This document shows positions 54,666 through 64,000 of a stretch of DNA of 64,000 bases, in pieces. Source of the DNA: Longimicrobiales bacterium (GTDB lineage: Bacteria > Gemmatimonadota > Gemmatimonadetes > Longimicrobiales > Gaopeijiaceae). How positions within the stretch are numbered: position 1 is the first letter of the stretch; each line of letters begins with the position of its first letter. The DNA lies in contig OZ241892.1 of assembly GCA_965203485.1 (NCBI GenBank), forward strand, positions 3,200,001 through 3,264,000. The letters run 5' to 3'. The notes below the pieces were generated by a model. The model was not told the origin of the DNA. It did not search any database and saw nothing but the letters and a program-made list of their open reading frames with translations. The translations under genes were made by a program, and so were the position numbers.

Positions 54666-56948
54666 TCACGCGCCGTAACTCAGCAGGTCGCCCCAGAAGG
54701 CGGTGACATCAGGTCGGCTTCGTTCCCGCGTGTCTTCTCCCGCCCGGATGATCTTGGGCGGATGGGACAAGCGAAGCAATGGTTCGTGGGGTCCGGCTCT
54801 CCGTACGGACTGCTTGGTCAACAGACCATGCTTCTCCAGCATGTGCCGGAGATTCGGCCATTGCGGCGATCGCGTTGTGGAGAACTTCGCCAAGTCGCTT
54901 TCAGAGACGTAGAACCGCCGCTCCATCTTGTGAAGAAAGCGCGCGAGCAGTTCAATGCGCTCCTTTTGGGCGGGAGTGTATCTTGGAGCCCTCAAGGCAA
55001 TATCGACGTCCGCGCCCAGCTTTGCCAAGATCGCGCGTACGCTTTCCGGCGCGAAGTAGTCGCCCTTCACGAAGTCCTCGTCGCCGGCTTCCACAACGAT
55101 GCCGTGCACCTGCGTCGTCAGGTCGTCCGAGGCGTGCTCGAATCGCGTCTTCGCCATCGCCACGGACGGAGACGACAGCGTGCATTCTTCGAATGTCGGC
55201 GATTGCATCTGTGCTTGCGTGAAGTCGACTTCCCTAAAATCGCAACGGTAGAAGCGCGGCCGTTCCAAGACGATGTGCCCCAAGTTCTCCTGCCGAAAAT
55301 CCAAGTTGCGCAGCGTCCCGGCCGGCCTCAGTCGCCCTCCCATTGCCAGCAAGCCGGCTACGATCCGACCGCCGTTCTCTCGTGCAACCGCGTGCATCAG
55401 CCCCGGACGCAGGACGTTGCACACCGATTCGATGATCATTGCGCGGGCAGAGTCGTTCGCGCCGGTGGTTCGCGTTGCCTGCCGAACCACCATGTCGTCG
55501 AGCACGGAGCGTTCCAAGAATCGCCGAAGATCGTCCGAACCGTCCTTAAGGCACCGGCGGAGCTTGTCCGCCAAGAAGTAGCCGTAGAGGACTTCATGCT
55601 CAAAGCATAGATCGCGTTTGGTCGCGCCGACCGTCCTCAAGAACGCGTAGCTGGATGCACGATTCTGGATTGCTGCGACAGTTTCTCGAGGCAGATCATA
55701 GTCCTCGGCTAGCAAAGCACCGAGTTCTTGAACCGTGTCGAAGTCCAAGCGGCGGGCCTCTTGCCACCACATTTCCATGGCCAATTCCGTCAGAAACAGT
55801 CGATGCTGTTCGCGGGTCAAGAGAGGCGTTCCTTCTTTGCTGGTCAGCTTGCCGTGCTCTCGGTTGATGAAGGCTTCCACGAGCTGCTCGATCACGGTGT
55901 CGTCCGATGAAATGCTCTCGCCTTCGATGAGCAGGTCTGTAATCCGTGACACGTAGAACGGCTTAGACAGCAGCTCGCGGTCGTCCAGTTCGTCCCGGAG
56001 TTTCTGAAAGTCGGCCAACACGTGCGCACTGTTTGCGGAGTCGTGTCGTCTCGCCGTCGAGGAAACAAATTCCTCGGCTTGGGCGTCGCCCCATGGTTTC
56101 AGATCAACGGTGTCCACGCCGTAGCCGAGACGCCCATCGTACCCGAACCGGCTGGCGTATTCGCGAAAGTTGTTGTAGTCGAAGAAGGAAGACCGCGCCG
56201 AGGCGACGACCACGCCCGATTGCTCGAGCTTCGCCACGAAGGTGGCTAGCGAAGAAAACGCTTCGTCGTATCCGCCGCTGCCGAGCAATTCGTCGAAGCC
56301 GTCTACGACCGGAACCAAGAGGCCGCGCCGAACGAGGGGCACGACGGCGCTGTACGGGAACTTGGCGCGCAGATCGTCGAGTTCCCGTGCCATGGCCTCG
56401 TCCAGGCGCGACAGAGAGCGACCTTGGACGTCGACATAGAAGAACAATGACTTGGCTGTGCCGTTCATGTACTTCTGGGCGCGCAGGAGAGTCATCCGCC
56501 TCAACGCCATCGTCTTTCCCGATCCAGCCTCTCCTCCAACCAACAGAATTCGGGTTTCCTGGAACGGAAGGTCTTCGGTGCTGCGCGCCTCGATGAGCTC
56601 GACCGCTGCGGTCGGCTCCGCTTCGTTGTCGTCGTCGTCGCGGGCGACGGCCAACGTGTCGACATATCCGGGTTCGTTCGGCGTGGTCTTGACCACGAAC
56701 TGCGCGAGCTGTTGGAGATCGGCCAAGTGCGGACTGGCAAGAAACGACTTGTAGTTCATCCGGCTGTCATTACAGACAACGTCCGGCAAGGCTCCGGCAG
56801 CCGACTGCAGCAACGTCACTTCACGTTCGTTTCCCCCTTTCTCCCAAACTAAGATGCCCCCTTCTGCGAGCACGTCCGATCCGGGATCCGAAAATGCCCG
56901 GACGTCTCTCTTGATCTCCGCGATGACGTTGATTGCGCTACCACTCAT
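54666..56948 (-). CDS. NACHT (STAND) NTPase with pentapeptide-like repeats
   Basis: Walker A GEAGSGKT, Walker B VPVVDGFDEL, sensor ASARS, LLSKPFY, FEHEVLYGYFLA; repeats LRNLDFRQENL...FYRCDFREVDFTQAQM. Confidence 0.85.
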   Translation of the reverse strand: MSGSAINVIAEIKRDVRAFSDPGSDVLAEGGILVWEKGGNEREVTLLQSAAGALPDVVCNDSRMNYKSFLASPHLADLQQLAQFVVKTTPNEPGYVDTLAVARDDDDNEAEPTAAVELIEARSTEDLPFQETRILLVGGEAGSGKTMALRRMTLLRAQKYMNGTAKSLFFYVDVQGRSLSRLDEAMARELDDLRAKFPYSAVVPLVRRGLLVPVVDGFDELLGSGGYDEAFSSLATFVAKLEQSGVVVASARSSFFDYNNFREYASRFGYDGRLGYGVDTVDLKPWGDAQAEEFVSSTARRHDSANSAHVLADFQKLRDELDDRELLSKPFYVSRITDLLIEGESISSDDTVIEQLVEAFINREHGKLTSKEGTPLLTREQHRLFLTELAMEMWWQEARRLDFDTVQELGALLAEDYDLPRETVAAIQNRASSYAFLRTVGATKRDLCFEHEVLYGYFLADKLRRCLKDGSDDLRRFLERSVLDDMVVRQATRTTGANDSARAMIIESVCNVLRPGLMHAVARENGGRIVAGLLAMGGRLRPAGTLRNLDFRQENLGHIVLERPRFYRCDFREVDFTQAQMQSPTFEECTLSSPSVAMAKTRFEHASDDLTTQVHGIVVEAGDEDFVKGDYFAPESVRAILAKLGADVDIALRAPRYTPAQKERIELLARFLHKMERRFYVSESDLAKFSTTRSPQWPNLRHMLEKHGLLTKQSVRRAGPHEPLLRLSHPPKIIRAGEDTRERSRPDVTAFWGDLLSYGA

Positions 56949-57642
56949 GGATTCGCACTCCCTCCCGTTCCAGCACTTCCCTGTAGAAGCTTCGCGTCTT
57001 GCGCTTTGTCAAGTGTATTAGCGCGACATCCGATGCTGCAAGCGCCAGCATCGCGGGAATCATGTCGTCGTCGTCGCTTGCAAGCACTACCGCATCTGCC
57101 AGTCTCTCGTAGCGGATGGCCATGGCGTCGGCGGTGAGCAACGTGTCGATCATCTTCTGGGCATATCTCGATGCGACGTCCGGGAGGCGCACCGGACAAG
57201 TGGGCTCGGGGCACCGCCCGGCGCACCAGGACTCGAACGACAAGAGGCTGCAACCATCGGTTCCCAAGGCGCAACGGGGAGCGCGCTCGACCTTCGTCTT
57301 GAGGCGCCCACTGCGCACGAGTCGCACGGACTCTCGAATGGGAACGTTGCGGTCCCATACGGGCGACTCGGCGAGTTCCAGCCGAAACATTTGGCGGCCG
57401 GCGCGCCGCGGCATTTGTTGGATCGCGTTGTTCAACATGCGACGAAGGTCGTGTTGCGTCGCGGGCACGTCGCCGTCCCATCCGCCGTAGAGGCGGGTGG
57501 TCACCTCTCCGGCCGAGGGGACTGTCGCTAGAACCTGCTCCGTCAGTTGCTCCAATCCCAACCGGACATCGCCGAACCGGGGGCGACGGCCGGTGGGCCA
57601 GAGATCGAGATTGAATAGATCGGCGAGGCAGTAGGCGTGCAT
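56938..57642 (-). CDS. NYN/LabA-like PIN-fold ribonuclease with Cys-rich insert
   Basis: ADLFN, RLYGGW, QKMIDTLLTAD and ASDDDDMIP acidic active-site motifs. Confidence 0.8.
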   Translation of the reverse strand: MHAYCLADLFNLDLWPTGRRPRFGDVRLGLEQLTEQVLATVPSAGEVTTRLYGGWDGDVPATQHDLRRMLNNAIQQMPRRAGRQMFRLELAESPVWDRNVPIRESVRLVRSGRLKTKVERAPRCALGTDGCSLLSFESWCAGRCPEPTCPVRLPDVASRYAQKMIDTLLTADAMAIRYERLADAVVLASDDDDMIPAMLALAASDVALIHLTKRKTRSFYREVLEREGVRIHEW

Positions 57643-57757
57643 GTCGGTCGTGGCTCCAAGGTTCAACGCGGAACGATAGCGACTCCTTTGGGACGCCGGA
57701 ATGGCGGAATGCACTCGGCAACGACTTTCGGCCGCCGACGGGCCGGGCCGCATGACG

Positions 57758-58681
57758 TCACGCCCGCGGCCACGGCTTTCCCAGGCGGGCGGGCGCTTGG
57801 GAGCGGCCGAACCAGCCGGCGAGGGCGGCTAGGCACAGGACGTAGGGGAGGGCCAGGAAGAGCGGATAGGGGAGGTCCGCGTTGGTGGCCTGGAGGACGA
57901 ACTGGAGGGCCTCGGCTCCGCTGAAGAAGAGGGCTGCCGCGACGACGCCCTTGGGGTCCCAGCGTCCGAGCACGACGACCGCGATGGCGACGAAGCCTCG
58001 TCCGGCGGACATGTTCTCGGCGAACGTGCCGGTGTGGACGAGGCTTAGGTGGGCGCCCGCGAGGCCGGCCATGAGTCCGCCGAAGAGCGTCGCGGCCACG
58101 CGGGTTCGGATCACGGGAATGCCGGCGGCGTGGGCGGCGTCGGCGTCTTCGCCGGTTGCGCGCAGGGCGAGTCCCCGGCGGGTTCGGAAGAGGAACCACG
58201 CGAGCAGCGGGGCCAGGACGTAGACGGCGTAGAGCGTGGGCGGGCCGTCGAAGAGTACGGGTCCCAGGAGCGGCGCCTTGGACAGCAGGGGGATTTCCCA
58301 GGCCGGAACGGTTTGCAGCTCCAAAGCCAAGCCGGTTGCCCCGAAGCGGCTCTGGAAGACGGCGCCGGTGAAGCCGAGGCTCCCGACGGTGACCGCTGTG
58401 CCCACCACGATCTGGTTTGCGTTCAGGCAGACGGCGAAGAACGCGAAGACCAAGGCGGCCGCGCCTCCGGCGAGCGAGCCGCCGGCCAGTCCGGCGTAGG
58501 GACCGGCGGCCAAGCCCGCCAAGGCGCCGCCCAGCGCTCCGCAGATCATGGAGCCCTCGATGCCAATGTTGATGACGCCCGCCCGCTCGGACACGGTCTC
58601 GCCCAGGGCCGCCAGCGCCAGCGGGACGGCAAGGCCCGTGGCGGCCGACAGGAAGGCCGCGAGCATGCCCGAGTCAGCCAC
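57758..58681 (-). CDS. ABC transporter permease (nucleoside/sugar, BPD_transp_2)
   Basis: ERAGVINIGIEG, GRGFVAIA and LPY. Confidence 0.92.
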   Translation of the reverse strand: MADSGMLAAFLSAATGLAVPLALAALGETVSERAGVINIGIEGSMICGALGGALAGLAAGPYAGLAGGSLAGGAAALVFAFFAVCLNANQIVVGTAVTVGSLGFTGAVFQSRFGATGLALELQTVPAWEIPLLSKAPLLGPVLFDGPPTLYAVYVLAPLLAWFLFRTRRGLALRATGEDADAAHAAGIPVIRTRVAATLFGGLMAGLAGAHLSLVHTGTFAENMSAGRGFVAIAVVVLGRWDPKGVVAAALFFSGAEALQFVLQATNADLPYPLFLALPYVLCLAALAGWFGRSQAPARLGKPWPRA

Positions 58682-59768
58682 GGCCGTTGCCTCCTCCCCG
58701 AAAGGCCCGGTCCACGGCCAGAAGGGCCAGGATCAGCAACGCCTCGGTCCCGCGCACCCATGCCTCGGGCACGCCGGCGTCTCTCTGCATTGCGCCGCCC
58801 CCCGCTCCGAGGGCGCCGAAGGCGATCGCCGAGACGACGACGGCGCCGGGATGCAACCGCGCCAGGAGGGCGACGGCGATCGCGGTGTAGCCCCATCCCG
58901 GAGAGAATCCTTCGTACATCCGCCGGGTGACGCCCGCGACCTGGATCCAGCCGGCCAAGCCCGCGATCGCGCCGGACGCGAGAAAGGACAGGCAGGCCAC
59001 GCGGGCGGGATCGAAGCGGCCGCTGGCCAGCGCCGCCTTCGGAGATGCTCCGGCGACGCGGACGCGAAAGCCGCTCGAAGTGCGGGTCGCGTAGAGCCAG
59101 AGTGCGCATGCCATCGCGATTCCGACCGCAAAGCCGACGTGCAGGCGCATGCCGGGCACGAGCGGCGGGAGCTGCGCCGCCGCGGGCACCTCGTCGGTCA
59201 TGTTGAACACCCCGCGCGATTCCTGCAGCGGGCCTTGGACGAGAAACTGCGCCAGGAACAGCGCCACGAAGTTCATGAGGAGCGTCGTGATCACTTCGCC
59301 CACGCCCATCCTCGCCTTCATCGCGACGGGCGCCAGCGCCCATGCCGCGCCGCCGGCCGTGGCCGCGGCCAGGGTGGCGAGCACGAGCGCCGGGCCGCCG
59401 GCGTCGCGCCAGAAGACCGCCACCGCCACGCCCGCCAGCGCGCCCGCGTAGAGTTGCCCCTCCGCCCCGATGTTCCACACGCCCGCGCGAAAGGCCACCG
59501 CCACGGCCAAGCCGGCCAGCAGCAGCGGCGTCGCCTGCACGAGGGTGAACGACACGAAGCGGCGCCACGACCCGAAGGCCCCCTGGACGAGCGCGGCGAA
59601 GGCGTCGGCCGGCGAGTGGCCGCCCATCGCCAGGAGGACGGCCGCCACGCCGAGCGCCGCCGCGAACGCAAGCGCCGAGCGGCCGGCGGAACCGAGCGAA
59701 CGCGCGGCTGCGCCGTTGCGGGGGCGCGGCGCCGCCGGCCGGCTAGCCGCGATCCGGTTTCCTTGCAC
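58674..59768 (-). CDS. ABC transporter permease (nucleoside/sugar)
   Basis: WNIGAEGQ, EVITTLLMNF and GYTAIAVALLA. Confidence 0.92.
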   Translation of the reverse strand: MQGNRIAASRPAAPRPRNGAAARSLGSAGRSALAFAAALGVAAVLLAMGGHSPADAFAALVQGAFGSWRRFVSFTLVQATPLLLAGLAVAVAFRAGVWNIGAEGQLYAGALAGVAVAVFWRDAGGPALVLATLAAATAGGAAWALAPVAMKARMGVGEVITTLLMNFVALFLAQFLVQGPLQESRGVFNMTDEVPAAAQLPPLVPGMRLHVGFAVGIAMACALWLYATRTSSGFRVRVAGASPKAALASGRFDPARVACLSFLASGAIAGLAGWIQVAGVTRRMYEGFSPGWGYTAIAVALLARLHPGAVVVSAIAFGALGAGGGAMQRDAGVPEAWVRGTEALLILALLAVDRAFRGGGNGRG

Positions 59769-61431
59769 CGGAGTCGGAGGCGCCCAGCATGAGTTCGCCG
59801 ACGGCGTCGGCGGACCGGTCGCCTTCGGGGACGGGCAGGAGGCGTCCGCGGACCATGACGACGATCCTGTCCGACATTTCGAGTATCTCGTCCAGGTCCG
59901 ACGATATCAGCACCACCGCCGGAGGCCGCGGCCCCGAACGGACCATCGCGGCGATTCGTCGCCGCACGGCTTGGGTGGCGTTCACGTCTAGGCCGCGCGT
60001 GGGCGACTCGGCGATCAGCAGCGAAGTCGAGCGCCGCAGTTCTCGGGCCACGAGGAGCCGTTGCTGATTGCCGCCCGAGAGAGTCCGCGCGAGGGCGTCC
60101 GGCCCCGGCGCCGCCACGTCCATCTGGGCTAGCGCGTCCAGTGTTCTCCGCCGCACGGCCGTCCAGTCGATCCACGGCCCGCGCGTGCATTCAGGAGCGT
60201 CGTGAAGCGCCAGCGCCATGTTCTCCGCGAGCGAGAAGTCGCCCACCAAGCCTTCGGCGCTCCGGTCCAAGGGCGCCCAGCCTGGGTTGTCGGGAGCCTC
60301 GACCGTCCCGGACAGCGGCGCAAGCGCCCCGGCCAAGACGGACGCCAGCTCTCGTTGGCCGTTGCCTTCGACTCCGGCGACGCCCAGAACCTCGCCGCGC
60401 TTGGCGAGCAGGGTGGCGCCGCGAAGCGCCGGCGCGTGCGGATCGCCCGCGACCACGTCGGTCAGCGAAGCGACGAGGGCCGCCCGGTCGCCGCCGTCGT
60501 CCGCGCCCGCGCGGGGATCGCCGCCGGATTCGTCGGCCTGCGCCCGCCCGCTCGCGTCCGCCGAACGCTCGCCCGTCGATGCACGCACCGCGCCGCCGCT
60601 GCCCGCGACATCCCTTCGCGGCGTGTCAGATTCTAGGGGGAATCTGTCGGAGAATCTGTCGCGGCGGTTCCCCGGGCGAGCGCGGCGCCCGATCATGGCC
60701 GCGGCCAGTTCGTCGCCCGCGAAGTCGGCCGTTCTTCCCTCCAGCGCCCGCTGTCCCCGCCGAAGCACCGTCACCCGGTCGGCGGCCGCCATCACTTCGT
60801 CGAGCTTGTGCGCGATCAGGACGACGCCGGCGCCGGAGCGGGCCACTCTCCGCAATGCGGCGAAGAGTCCCTGCACTTCCGTCGGCGCCAAGACCGCGGT
60901 CGGCTCGTCCATGAGCAGCACGCGAGTGTCGGTCATCAGCGCCTTGAGGATCTCGATTCGCTGGCGATGTCCGACGCTGGTCCGCTCGACCGGCACGTCC
61001 AGATCGGCGGCGAGCCCGAGTTCGGCCGCCCGGGCCTCGATGCGCGCCCGGTACCCGGGGACCGGCCCGCCCCGCCTTGTCCACGCCTCGCGGTTGAACA
61101 ACGCCACGTTCTCGAAGCCGGTGAAGCGTCCGACCAGCGAGAAGTGCTGATGGACCATTGCCACTCCCCGCTCCCGCGCATCGGCGGCGTTGCGGAGGCG
61201 AACCGGGGTTCCCGCGATCTCCACCCGGCCCTCGTCGGGGGCCAGGAGACCTGCGAGGACGCGGGCGAGGGTCGTCTTGCCAGCTCCGTTCTCGCCCAGC
61301 ACGCCGTGAATCTCGCCCGGCGCCAGCTCGAAGCAGGCGCGGTCCAGCGCGACGACCGGCCCGAAGCGCCGCGTCACGCCGACCAAGCGCGCGGCAACCC
61401 GGGTCCGCGCCGCCGTGGCGCCGGCCTTCAG
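59743..61431 (-). CDS. ABC transporter ATP-binding protein, two NBDs (start uncertain)
   Basis: GENGAGKT, DEPT, GVEGNGQ and LSGGNQQ. Confidence 0.92.
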   Translation of the reverse strand: MKAGATAARTRVAARLVGVTRRFGPVVALDRACFELAPGEIHGVLGENGAGKTTLARVLAGLLAPDEGRVEIAGTPVRLRNAADARERGVAMVHQHFSLVGRFTGFENVALFNREAWTRRGGPVPGYRARIEARAAELGLAADLDVPVERTSVGHRQRIEILKALMTDTRVLLMDEPTAVLAPTEVQGLFAALRRVARSGAGVVLIAHKLDEVMAAADRVTVLRRGQRALEGRTADFAGDELAAAMIGRRARPGNRRDRFSDRFPLESDTPRRDVAGSGGAVRASTGERSADASGRAQADESGGDPRAGADDGGDRAALVASLTDVVAGDPHAPALRGATLLAKRGEVLGVAGVEGNGQRELASVLAGALAPLSGTVEAPDNPGWAPLDRSAEGLVGDFSLAENMALALHDAPECTRGPWIDWTAVRRRTLDALAQMDVAAPGPDALARTLSGGNQQRLLVARELRRSTSLLIAESPTRGLDVNATQAVRRRIAAMVRSGPRPPAVVLISSDLDEILEMSDRIVVMVRGRLLPVPEGDRSADAVGELMLGASDSGARKPDRG

Positions 61432-62519
61432 AGACGAGGCTCCGCGCCGCCGGGCGGATCGTCCTCGAGATAGCGGATCCGGGGCACCTCCAGCACGCCC
61501 GATGCGACGTCCTTCCTCGCTTGGGCGATCCGGGCTTCGACCGCTGCCGGCACGACGCCCGCCGCCGCAGGATTCGGCACGAAGTCCACCGCGCCGCCGG
61601 CCAGTCCCGAGCGCAGCGCTTCGCCCAGCGTTCCGTCCCTCCAGGCCAGCGCCGTCTGCAGGAACACCGCCGGAATGTCGATCAACGCGCTGCCCGCGAT
61701 CACGTCCGGCGCCACGTCGTTCTGGTCGCGGTTCATCCCGAAGGCCCACGCCGTCCGTCCCTGCTCGCGGGCTTCGCGCACCGCTTGGAAGACACCGAAG
61801 CTCGCCGCGTCCACGTTGTGGATCAGCACGTCGGCGCCGCGGTGAAGCTGGGCGGCGGCCGCTTCCTTGGCGGCGGCCACGTCGTCCCAGTTGCCCGTGA
61901 ACGTCTCCAGGACCGTGGCGTCCGGGTTCACGGCGCGCACGCCCGCCTCGAACGCCAGAAAGGTCCCCTTGGCCGGCGGAATCTCGACCCCTCCGACCAT
62001 GCCCAGGACCCCTGAGGGGCTGATGCCGCCCGCCGCCATGCCCGCCAAGTAGGCCGCTTCCTCGAGACGAAAGATCAGCGGCACCACGTTGGCCGCCGCC
62101 CGCGACCCCGACGAGACCACGAACGTCGCGTCCGGGTATTGCGCCGCCGCCCGCTCTGCCGCGTCCTGGTACTCGAAGCCGTGCCCGAAGATCAAGCCGT
62201 AGCCCGACTCCGCGTACGACGCGAACGCCTCGTCGAAGTCCGCCGGCGTGCGCGTCTGCTGGTGCGACGTGCGCCAGCCCAACGAGTCGCCGATGCGCTG
62301 AAGCCCCTCGTACGCGCCCGCATGCCAGCCCGCGTCGCTCACGGGGCCGGACGTGAGCAGCGCGACCGAGGGGGCCGCATCCGCCGGAGGACCTCCTCCG
62401 CCGTCTCCGTCGCGGCCGGGCGCATCGGCGCATCCTGCGACCACGCCGACCATCGCGACCGCGGCCCATGCGTGCGCGTGCCTGCCAGGGCGGCCCGACA
62501 GAACCGGGGCCAGGCGCAC
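61428..62519 (-). CDS. BMP-family ABC substrate-binding lipoprotein (start uncertain)
   Basis: Lipobox VAG-C, D.GW...AYEGL, GHGFEY and YLAG. Confidence 0.88.
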   Translation of the reverse strand: MRLAPVLSGRPGRHAHAWAAVAMVGVVAGCADAPGRDGDGGGGPPADAAPSVALLTSGPVSDAGWHAGAYEGLQRIGDSLGWRTSHQQTRTPADFDEAFASYAESGYGLIFGHGFEYQDAAERAAAQYPDATFVVSSGSRAAANVVPLIFRLEEAAYLAGMAAGGISPSGVLGMVGGVEIPPAKGTFLAFEAGVRAVNPDATVLETFTGNWDDVAAAKEAAAAQLHRGADVLIHNVDAASFGVFQAVREAREQGRTAWAFGMNRDQNDVAPDVIAGSALIDIPAVFLQTALAWRDGTLGEALRSGLAGGAVDFVPNPAAAGVVPAAVEARIAQARKDVASGVLEVPRIRYLEDDPPGGAEPRL

Positions 62520-62690
62520 CGCGGCCCATGCGCGAGGGGCCCCGCACGTGCGTCCCCGGCCGTCCAGCGACCGCCGTCCAGCCAATGAGCCAGCTCTGCG
62601 TCCGTCCACGGTCTCGTCTCCGCAAGCACAATCGGGCGTCCCTCGATGGCGGCCCCATCTTCGGTGCGGCCACGCGCCAAGTCGATCAAC

Positions 62691-62719
62691 TCGCATCGAC
62701 GGGCCGTTCGGAGTATAAT
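62691..62719 (+). promoter_or_regulatory. Candidate sigma70 promoter of the NSS transporter
   Basis: Perfect TATAAT at 62714-62719 in GC-rich DNA; weak -35 (TCGCAT) at 17-bp spacing. Confidence 0.4.
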
Positions 62720-62786
62720 GGTCGGCCAGCCGCTTGGCCCCGGCGGGCCCGTCCGCCGCAACCCGCACACCTCCAAGGAACGCGTC

Positions 62787-64000
62787 ATGAACGAGACTGC
62801 CCGAGGCAACTGGACTTCCAACGTCGGCTTCGTGCTGGCCGCCACCGGAAGCGCGATCGGTTTGGGCAACTTGTGGAAGTTCCCCTTCATCACCTGGGAG
62901 AACGAGGGCGGGGCCTTCGTCCTCGTGTACCTGATCTGCATCGCGGCCGTGGGCCTGCCCATCATGATGGCCGAGCTGCTGATCGGGCGGCGCAGCCAGA
63001 AGAGCGCGGTTGGGGCGCTGAAGGACGCCGCGGGGCCTCTGTGGGGGATCGTGGGCGGCTGGGGCGTGCTGGCGGCGTTCATCCTGCTGAGCTACTACAC
63101 GGTCATCGCGGGCTGGTCGCTGTACTACTTCGCGAAGTCGGTTGGCTGGTCGATGGGGGGGTTCCCGGCGGGCACCGCCATGGGAGACGTGTTTGGTGCG
63201 CAAGCGCTCAATGGCGGTCTCCAGCTCGTGCTTTCTCTGGGCTTCAGTTTGGGCACGATTGCGGTTGTCTATTTCGGCGTCCAGCGCGGCATCGAGCGGA
63301 TCGCCCGCATCTTTCTGCCGATCCTCTTCGGCATCCTCGTGCTCATGCTGTTCAGCGCGCTGGGGATGAGCGGCTCCGGCGAGGCGCTGTCCTTCATCTT
63401 CCGGCCGAACTTCGGCGAGCTGAGCCGCAGTTCGGTCCTCGAGGCCGTGGGCCATTCCTTCTTCACGCTGTCGCTGGGGATGGGCGCGATGATCACCTAC
63501 GGCTCGTACATCGCCCGCAATCAGTCCGTGGTGAAGGCGTCGGGGATGATCGTGCTGCTCGACACGCTGATCGCATTGGTGGCGACGGTGATCATGTTCT
63601 CGGTGATCTTCTCCGTGGTCGGAATGCGAGACGAAGTGTCGGACACGGGCACGGTGGGAATGCTGTTCGTGTCGCTCCCCGCACTGTTCTACACGGAGGT
63701 GCCGTTCGGCTCGCTTCTGGGGCCGCTCTTCTACGTCTTGGTGGCCCTGGCCGCGCTCACGTCCACAATGTCGCTGTTGGAGGTCGTCACCAGCTACCTG
63801 ATCGACGAGCGTGGGCTCAGTCGGCACAAGGCCACCGTGAGTTCCGGGGCCGCGATCTTCGTCTTTACCATTTTCGCCGTCTTGTCTCTGCCGGCCATAT
63901 TGGGGCAGGAAGGGACGCCGTTCCTGTCTACGTTGGAACTCTTCGACGGCAAGGTGGGATGGTTCTTGACCGCCGACCACTTTGTGTCCAACTGGATGTT
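62787..64000 (+). CDS. Sodium-dependent transporter, NSS/SNF (LeuT-like) family; truncated by window end
   Basis: Not in the ORF track. Reads MNETARGNWTSNVGFVLAATGSAIGLGNLWKFP...GGAF...FFTLSLG...AALTS. Confidence 0.93.
   Translation, partial: MNETARGNWTSNVGFVLAATGSAIGLGNLWKFPFITWENEGGAFVLVYLICIAAVGLPIMMAELLIGRRSQKSAVGALKDAAGPLWGIVGGWGVLAAFILLSYYTVIAGWSLYYFAKSVGWSMGGFPAGTAMGDVFGAQALNGGLQLVLSLGFSLGTIAVVYFGVQRGIERIARIFLPILFGILVLMLFSALGMSGSGEALSFIFRPNFGELSRSSVLEAVGHSFFTLSLGMGAMITYGSYIARNQSVVKASGMIVLLDTLIALVATVIMFSVIFSVVGMRDEVSDTGTVGMLFVSLPALFYTEVPFGSLLGPLFYVLVALAALTSTMSLLEVVTSYLIDERGLSRHKATVSSGAAIFVFTIFAVLSLPAILGQEGTPFLSTLELFDGKVGWFLTADHFVSNWM

Noticed and set aside
55180..55320. Functional link between the pentapeptide repeats and the topoisomerase gene (Qnr-like protection)
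   Set aside because: The repeats are short, embedded in a NACHT protein, and about 16 kb from the topoisomerase gene.
54400..57757. att sites, terminal repeats or transposase bounding the NYN-NACHT insert
   Set aside because: No direct or inverted repeats or mobility genes were seen by eye, so it is not called a mobile element.

Overview
This is a GC-rich bacterial chromosome segment spanning the replication origin. Gene content suggests Gemmatimonadota, which is an inference only. The core region is Nif3-bactofilin-M23-parB-parA, two perfect parS palindromes, yidC-yidD-rnpA-rpmH, dnaA, oriC (DnaA boxes plus DnaA-trios) and dnaN. It is followed by pyrE, a sigma54 two-component operon, kbl/tdh, queE, a GyrA-box-less GyrA/ParC, a Paa-like epoxidase cluster, pfk, speB, a BMP-type ABC transporter and a truncated NSS transporter. 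Five accessory elements sit among these genes: (1) a truncated C5 DNA methyltransferase at the left edge; (2) a decaying 5.5 kb patch between parA and yidC with a duplicated M15-peptidase/secreted-partner cassette, an Rpn-like tail and a parA 5' remnant; (3) a small Cys-rich secreted protein plus beta-propeller pair; (4) an NgoFVII-like type II R-M pair; (5) a lower-GC, overlapping two-gene NYN-ribonuclease plus NACHT-pentapeptide NTPase operon. The last is the best candidate for an undescribed defence system. dnaA appears to lack a canonical start codon. All calls come from motif reading by eye; no searches were run.
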